DNA of 64,000 nt from Gammaproteobacteria bacterium (GTDB lineage: Bacteria; Pseudomonadota; Gammaproteobacteria; Ga0077536): positions 1,920,001-1,984,000 of the forward strand of contig CAXXLL010000002.1 in the NCBI GenBank assembly GCA_963662545.2. Reading direction: 5' to 3'. Every line of letters starts with the position of its first letter. Position 1 is the first letter of the stretch. The notes under the pieces are model-generated. The model saw only the letters and a list, made by a program, of their open reading frames with translations. It was not told the origin of the DNA and ran no database searches. Shown piece by piece: positions 58,651 through 64,000 of this stretch. Both the position numbers and the translations under genes were made by a program.

Positions 58651-60431
58651 GGCAGATTTACCGCCGGGTAATACATCCCCAGCGCTCGGCGCTGCCAGAT
58701 TTCACCCGTGCGTTTGCGCTCTTCGACTGTCGAAAAGCGGTAATCGTACAGCAAAGCGCGCACGTAACGCGGTGGTTTTTCGGCGAATGGATTATGTCGA
58801 AGTAAAGCGGTGACATCGCGTGAATTCTGCAGCAAGCGCAGCAGAAAATTACCGAACCAGGGCGCGCGATCGGCTGTCGACAGCGCTGCGAACCACATCT
58901 GCCAGTCGAGCCTCGGTTGATGCGGAATATTCCAGCGCGGTGCGTACGAGAGATCACCGGGCTTATAACGAAACTCGTAGACAGCCCAATCGCGTCCGTC
59001 ATTCGATCCCTGCACTATGATCTCCGGCCGCGTCGTGGTCATCACTGCAAACAACCCGTAACCGTTGACGATACGAAACGGGATGAACGGGGAGAGAACC
59101 TGTGTCATCAGTTTCGGCATGTCGGAACGTACGAACGGACGCGCCAAGAAGTACATATTGTGCAACACGATGACGAAGACCGTGGCCGTCAGCAGCAACC
59201 GGACGGGTATGGCTGAGCGATGAGATTGCCGTACCGTGAATCCCTGCGATCGGCGGAACTGCTGATCGTCGATCAGGAACAGACACAAAGCGATCGTCAG
59301 GAAATTGAAGAAATTGTAATTTCCAGTTATCAAAATACCGATTTCGAGCAGAACGAAGCCGGCTGCGGCGAGCATGCGCGGCCTCCGCGCCATAAAAATC
59401 AGAAAGGGGAAGGCGAGTTCAACGACGAAGGTCGCGGTAATGCAGAAGCGATTAAACAAGGCGGGCAACTGGTGTGCATACCATGCTAGGGGTGTCGGTA
59501 AGGGCTGAGTTTCGTAGTGAAAATCAAGCGCAGACAACGCCGCCCAGCTCGGATCGCCGCTCAGCAGTTTCACGCAACCTGACAAGATCATGAATCGAAA
59601 CAGCAACAACCGGAACAACCATGGCACGATCGCGGTTCTCAACGGCAGAAAGACGGCGAGAAAACCCGCTTCGAGCAGCAGCAGGTCCCATTGGTAACCC
59701 ATGAACACCTGGCCGGCCGTAAACAGAGACAAATAAAGGAGGTAACACGCGATCAAAAGCGGGATTGGGAAAAACCCCGCCGCTATGACCAGCGCCGCCG
59801 CTGCGCCTGTCAGGCAGCCGGCAACGAGAATCGGATCGCCGTGGGCGACCCAGAAAACCGACGGATATCGCCACCAGGCTCCAGATGGCACGGCTAAGGT
59901 GATCGCATTGAAATATCGCTCGACCGGCAATATGCCGTCGCTACCGATCAATGCAGTGATCTGGAGCGCGAGCGAGACGAAGGCAACAAAGTAAACTAGG
60001 GCGATCGCGCGCACGAATATCGACGATGCCCTGTCGTATTGCGCGGGGTACCGCTCGCCCCCCCAAAAAAGGCGCACGGCGGAGTCCGCATAATCACGGC
60101 GGCGGGAGACGAAGGTATATCCCCATTCCGAGATGCGTGTGGCCAGACGGCTACGGCGAAGTAGCGCGGCGTAGATCCCGCAACCGCCATAAGAAAGGAT
60201 GCGAAAACTCGCGGCGGCGCCCGCGGAATAATGCCCGTCGGGCTCGATTAACTGCACCGCGCGCCGGCATTCTTGTGCGGTCAGACCGGGATGCTCCGCC
60301 AGTACTTCTTGATAGGGACGGTATTCGACCTTCGATCCGGTCAGGCGCTGCCAGTAGCGCACCCAGTAGGCGCAAAAACGGCAATCACCGTCATACAGGA
60401 GCCGTGGCTTCTGAGGGGCGCCGCGCTCCAT
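58647..60431 (-). CDS. DCC1/DUF393 thiol-disulfide domain fused to lipase maturation factor (LMF1) family domain
   Basis: YDGDCRFC; QWDLLLLEAGFL, HYETQPLPTP, NGYGLFAVMT.RPE, PHQPRLDWQMWFAA. Confidence 0.9.
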   Translation of the reverse strand: MERGAPQKPRLLYDGDCRFCAYWVRYWQRLTGSKVEYRPYQEVLAEHPGLTAQECRRAVQLIEPDGHYSAGAAASFRILSYGGCGIYAALLRRSRLATRISEWGYTFVSRRRDYADSAVRLFWGGERYPAQYDRASSIFVRAIALVYFVAFVSLALQITALIGSDGILPVERYFNAITLAVPSGAWWRYPSVFWVAHGDPILVAGCLTGAAAALVIAAGFFPIPLLIACYLLYLSLFTAGQVFMGYQWDLLLLEAGFLAVFLPLRTAIVPWLFRLLLFRFMILSGCVKLLSGDPSWAALSALDFHYETQPLPTPLAWYAHQLPALFNRFCITATFVVELAFPFLIFMARRPRMLAAAGFVLLEIGILITGNYNFFNFLTIALCLFLIDDQQFRRSQGFTVRQSHRSAIPVRLLLTATVFVIVLHNMYFLARPFVRSDMPKLMTQVLSPFIPFRIVNGYGLFAVMTTTRPEIIVQGSNDGRDWAVYEFRYKPGDLSYAPRWNIPHQPRLDWQMWFAALSTADRAPWFGNFLLRLLQNSRDVTALLRHNPFAEKPPRYVRALLYDYRFSTVEERKRTGEIWQRRALGMYYPAVNLP

Positions 60432-60509
60432 CGATCATGCGTCCCGCGCCATACGCGCGATCTTAAAGCTTGAACTGGCACGTCGAAAGACTACGGCGCT
60501 ACAAAATAA

Positions 60510-60600
60510 AACCACAGAGATCACAGAGCACACCGAGGTAAGATAAAAACGACCATTACCATGCCCCATTTTATTGTCTTGCTCTGTGATCTCTGTGGTT
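60510..60600. repeat. REP-like element with perfect 21-bp inverted arms built from 9-nt CACAGAG subrepeats
   Basis: AACCACAGAGATCACAGAGCA (60510-60530) / TGCTCTGTGATCTCTGTGGTT (60580-60600). Confidence 0.85.
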
Positions 60601-60641
60601 AATTTCGATGGTATTTGGACCATGGAGATTTTAGAACTAGT

Positions 60642-61673
60642 TTATGACGGGCGCTCCCGGCGCCTCGTCATCCCCCCCTTGCTTGAGGGCGCTTGCACGA
60701 AAATTCGTTTCGGCGGCAAGTATTGCCCTAGCCTTTCAAGCGTCCACGTCACCATGTCACCTATGGTGTCTTCCGTATATCCGAGGCTGCCGTTCCGCTC
60801 CACGAAGCGTCCTGCGTAAAGTGGTTCTTCCGGGTAGAGCCGAGTGATTGCCTTGGCGAAGGTGGACGGCATACGAAACGTGCCGACGGTCGCCGAATGA
60901 ATCGTGCTCCCATCGAGGCGCGAAAACACGGTGTCGATAAATTCTCCGTAAATACGCTCAAAATCTTCAATCAAGATCAATGGATCGAATCGAATGCCCA
61001 GTGGCCAGCCGCAATCCGCCAGTCGTTGCATCGCTTCGAGCCGCGCGTCGAGGTCCGGTGTCCTGTGTTCCAAGGTCGCGACGACCGGTTGTGGGCTAAG
61101 ACTGAACGCGCAAACCACGCGCGAATGCGCCTTCATGCCAATGAGCGAGCGAATCTGCGTGCTCTTGGTACGCAGTTCAAGCCAGGCGTTTTTCAACTTC
61201 GCGAAAGCAGGAACGAAATCTCCGACGAAGCCCGTCACTGGATCGAGTGCGAGGCTGTCGCAATCGTAACCCGAGAAGAACCAGACGTCTTCCCGTGTTT
61301 CCCCGCATACGCGCTCGATATCCGCAATGAAATCCTCGTAATTAACGAACAGCACATAGTGGGCCGAGCGAAACATCCCCTGCAGGAAACAGTAGCGGCA
61401 GTCATAGAGGCAATTGAGCATGTGCGAAAAATAATAGCCGCGGGCACCGTCAATGCCGTACCCCGCCGGAATGGGCAGCACGCGCCGGTTTATCTTTCGC
61501 GCGAGGATCAGCGCCGGCCGTGTTTTCTGCAATCGAAAATTCTGCTGACGTCGATTGAAGACTTCACCATAATGCCGGCACTCTACGATTCGCGCATTCT
61601 TAAACCTCGCGATGATCTCACGCGAACGCCTGTGCTTCGCGACGGCGTCTTCGACGTAAATCGTATCGATCAC
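60642..61673 (-). CDS. Spore photoproduct lyase (SplB)-like radical SAM protein
   Basis: NCLYDCRYCFLQG (CxxxCxxC), DCDSLA, ELRTKS, FSLSP, RFDP. Confidence 0.88.
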   Translation of the reverse strand: MIDTIYVEDAVAKHRRSREIIARFKNARIVECRHYGEVFNRRQQNFRLQKTRPALILARKINRRVLPIPAGYGIDGARGYYFSHMLNCLYDCRYCFLQGMFRSAHYVLFVNYEDFIADIERVCGETREDVWFFSGYDCDSLALDPVTGFVGDFVPAFAKLKNAWLELRTKSTQIRSLIGMKAHSRVVCAFSLSPQPVVATLEHRTPDLDARLEAMQRLADCGWPLGIRFDPLILIEDFERIYGEFIDTVFSRLDGSTIHSATVGTFRMPSTFAKAITRLYPEEPLYAGRFVERNGSLGYTEDTIGDMVTWTLERLGQYLPPKRIFVQAPSSKGGMTRRRERPS

Positions 61674-61675
61674 GA

Positions 61676-62509
61676 TTACTCGGGCGCACGCACAAGCAGC
61701 GGCAGAGAATCGACGAAGGCTTTGAGATGAGCAAGCACTTCGCTGGCACTGCGACAGTCATTCAGATCCGATCCGAATCGGCCGGCTCCGTTCGTCAGCG
61801 CTGCATAGCGCTGCTGCAATCGGCGCAACTGCTCGGACTGGGAATGGGTGAATCGCCAGCGCTGAAGAATTCCTGCCAGGCGCCGTTGATCGGGCGGTGG
61901 CGGCAATAGTGCTGCGACGGTTCGAACACGCTCGACCAATGCCGTCAGACACACGATGCCACCTCGAATCAATGCCCTGACCTGCTCGCCGTTGATCATA
62001 TGAAGATCCGAGGCCTTATTATCAGACACGATTTTAAGAACGTGTACGAGTTCGCCATGGGTGAGCGCTACTGCCGCCGTGACGAACCCTGCCGCCTCCA
62101 TGTCACAGCACGCGTCACACGGGTAGGCCGTAACCGGGTGATCGTAGGTCGACACTGTGCCGGTGCGGCACGGGGCATTGAACAAGATAGTCGGGTAGTA
62201 CGAACGGCCCGCAGGCGGTGAGGTGACTTTTTCAGCCAGAACTGGCGTGCCCAGAGGCAGGTTTCGATGCCCCGCAATGCCGCAATTGATCCAGATGTCG
62301 CCACCCGAGGCACCGTCACGCCCGCCAAGGAATCCGACGGCAGCGGCACTTAGGAGAGTTCCCACGCCGGAAATGATCAAGCGTAGTCCTGCGCCCTCGT
62401 AGATCTCGAACGGCTCCGTAGAAACGCGACGCAGACCCAAGGCATTGCGGATCGGTGCGGCCTCGCTGCTCAGCGCCGTAACGATGTTTACCGTGGACAC
62501 AGCCGGCAT
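61676..62509 (-). CDS. MTA/SAH nucleosidase / purine phosphorylase family protein with C-terminal extension
   Basis: VTAL..EA, SGVG, IN.GIAG, DMEAAG, KIVSD. Confidence 0.82.
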   Translation of the reverse strand: MPAVSTVNIVTALSSEAAPIRNALGLRRVSTEPFEIYEGAGLRLIISGVGTLLSAAAVGFLGGRDGASGGDIWINCGIAGHRNLPLGTPVLAEKVTSPPAGRSYYPTILFNAPCRTGTVSTYDHPVTAYPCDACCDMEAAGFVTAAVALTHGELVHVLKIVSDNKASDLHMINGEQVRALIRGGIVCLTALVERVRTVAALLPPPPDQRRLAGILQRWRFTHSQSEQLRRLQQRYAALTNGAGRFGSDLNDCRSASEVLAHLKAFVDSLPLLVRAPE

Positions 62510-63349
62510 CGAATCGACTCGTAGCGGGAAGCTTCCACATCACGTCCCCGCTTAGACGCCCCGGTGATGTAAATATCGAGCTTGTTGGCCAGCGACCCAA
62601 GCGCCGCTTCACGTTGGATTCCAGTCAAGGTACCCGAATCGATCAATTGGACCAGGGCCTTGATGCGAAAGCGGTCGAGCGCCGGGATCCTGCGTGATAG
62701 CTGATCATCATGGCCGCCGTGTTTGACGACCAGTGCTTCCGGGACGAATAGCACCGGTTCGCGGGCAGTGAGTCGCAGCCACAGATCGTAGTCCTCACAT
62801 GCGGGAAGTGATTCGTCGAACCAGCCGATATCGTCAAAGACGGAGCGGCGCAGCAGCGCACTCGAGGGCGAGATCGCACACATGTGCAGGCAACGCTCGA
62901 AGATCCAGCCGCCGTGCTTACGGTGCTTGGTTTTCTGCGTGATCGGACGGCCATTGCGAATCCAGATCTCGTCGCAGTGGATCAAGCGGCAACGCGGGGC
63001 TTCCGCGAGCGCCTCCACCTGGCGTTCGAGCTTCGAGGCTTTCCAGATATCGTCGGAATCGAGCAGGGCGATCCAATCCGCGCCAGCAGCGCGGATCCCT
63101 TCATTGCGCGCCGCGCTCACGCCCCGATGGCGCCGGTAGAGGTAGCGCACATTTGGAAACGAGTTTCGCATCAAGGCCGCGGTGCCGTCGCTCGAACCGT
63201 CATCGACAACGATCACTTCCGACGGCTTTAAGGTCTGCGCCAACACCGATTCCAGCGCTGCGCTCAACCGGTCTGCCCGATTGTAGCTTGGAATGACGAC
63301 ACTGATATCGATGCTTCCGATCCGCGGCTTTCTACCCGCTAGGACTCAT
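62488..63349 (-). CDS. Glycosyltransferase family 2; N-terminus requires a +1 frameshift at 63335-63337
   Basis: ISVVIPSYNR, VVDDGSSDG, LDSDD, EDYDLW; no in-frame ATG/GTG/TTG before ISVVIP. Confidence 0.85.
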
Positions 63350-64000
63350 TGGAGTAGCGGGACGCTCGGGCGTTTCAAAAACGGCGTCAGGATCGTGCCG
63401 ACGACGAACCCTCCTATATGGGCGTGCCACGCGACGCCGGGAACGGTCGGGTCCGATAGGAGTGAACTCACGATCTGAACGACGAACCACAATATGATCA
63501 GCAGACCTGCCGATACGCCCAGGGGAGCAAGCGTAGTCCCCAGCGGCAGCATGACGAGCACACGCGTGCGCGCATGCAACAGCAGGTAGGCACCGAGGAC
63601 GCCCGATACGGCGCCGCCGGCACCGACCATCGGCACCAGCGAATGCGGCGAAACCACGGTCTGTACGAGGGCTGCGCAGGCGGCGCAAAACAGAAAGAAA
63701 CCGACGAAGCGTCCGTGGCCCAGAGCAGCCTCTACCTTGGTAGCGAATACCCACAGGTACAGCAGGTTGCCGGCGAGGTACAGCAAACTGGCGTGCAGAA
63801 AGATCGACGTAAGCAGCGTCCAGGGCGGTGCGATCAGGTCCAGCGATTCTGACAACGCGGCGTGGCCCGTCAGCACGCCTGGAATCAGGCCGAGTACATA
63901 GATCGCTTGTGTGAATCCGCTCCCGCCCAGAGTCATCTGCCAGAAGTAGGCCCAGATACACACGATCATGATGCCGACTGTGCAAATAGGCTTGATGGCG
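63346..64000 (-). CDS. Rhomboid family protein lacking the catalytic Ser (partial, starts beyond the window)
   Basis: TS.FLH, VA..AHIGGF; GASG replaced by GAGG. Confidence 0.85.
   Translation of the reverse strand, partial: AIKPICTVGIMIVCIWAYFWQMTLGGSGFTQAIYVLGLIPGVLTGHAALSESLDLIAPPWTLLTSIFLHASLLYLAGNLLYLWVFATKVEAALGHGRFVGFFLFCAACAALVQTVVSPHSLVPMVGAGGAVSGVLGAYLLLHARTRVLVMLPLGTTLAPLGVSAGLLIILWFVVQIVSSLLSDPTVPGVAWHAHIGGFVVGTILTPFLKRPSVPLLQ

Noticed and set aside
1-64000. Many long antisense or alternative-frame ORFs (e.g. 648..1388 +, 3073..4131 +, 24813..25769 -, 28910..29971 -, 37608..38483 -)
   Set aside because: Shadow ORFs of recognised genes in GC-rich DNA; Arg/Ser/Pro-rich with no motifs

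Overview
GC-rich chromosomal segment, most likely from a Gammaproteobacterium (judged from the TonB2/Ttp operon, aceK-icd, avtA, sohB, lolC/E, prc and rnd). It is mostly housekeeping and accessory metabolism: a TtpC-type TonB operon, class I fumarase, a corrinoid (B12)-type ABC/salvage cluster, aroG, feoAAB, aceK/icd, Lhr helicase, msrA, an IorAB-type molybdoenzyme and a deacetylase. I saw no rRNA, tRNA, CRISPR array, prophage or transposase gene. The intergenic DNA carries at least four families of short inverted-repeat elements (MITE/REP-like), several sitting exactly on start or stop codons. Best candidates for undescribed biology: (i) an operon of rhomboid pseudoprotease, GT2, nucleosidase and SPL-like radical SAM; (ii) a B12-transport cluster with a coupled luciferase-like monooxygenase, DUF71 amide ligase and second BtuF; (iii) an orphan Pol-beta nucleotidyltransferase; (iv) a DCC-LMF1 fusion coupled to a lipoprotein GDSL esterase; (v) a sigma54 promoter with an array of TGTGA-N6-TCACA sites upstream of a VPLPA-CTERM gene. 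Three genes carry frameshifting lesions that may be assembly errors. All product calls come from motif recognition by eye, not database searches.
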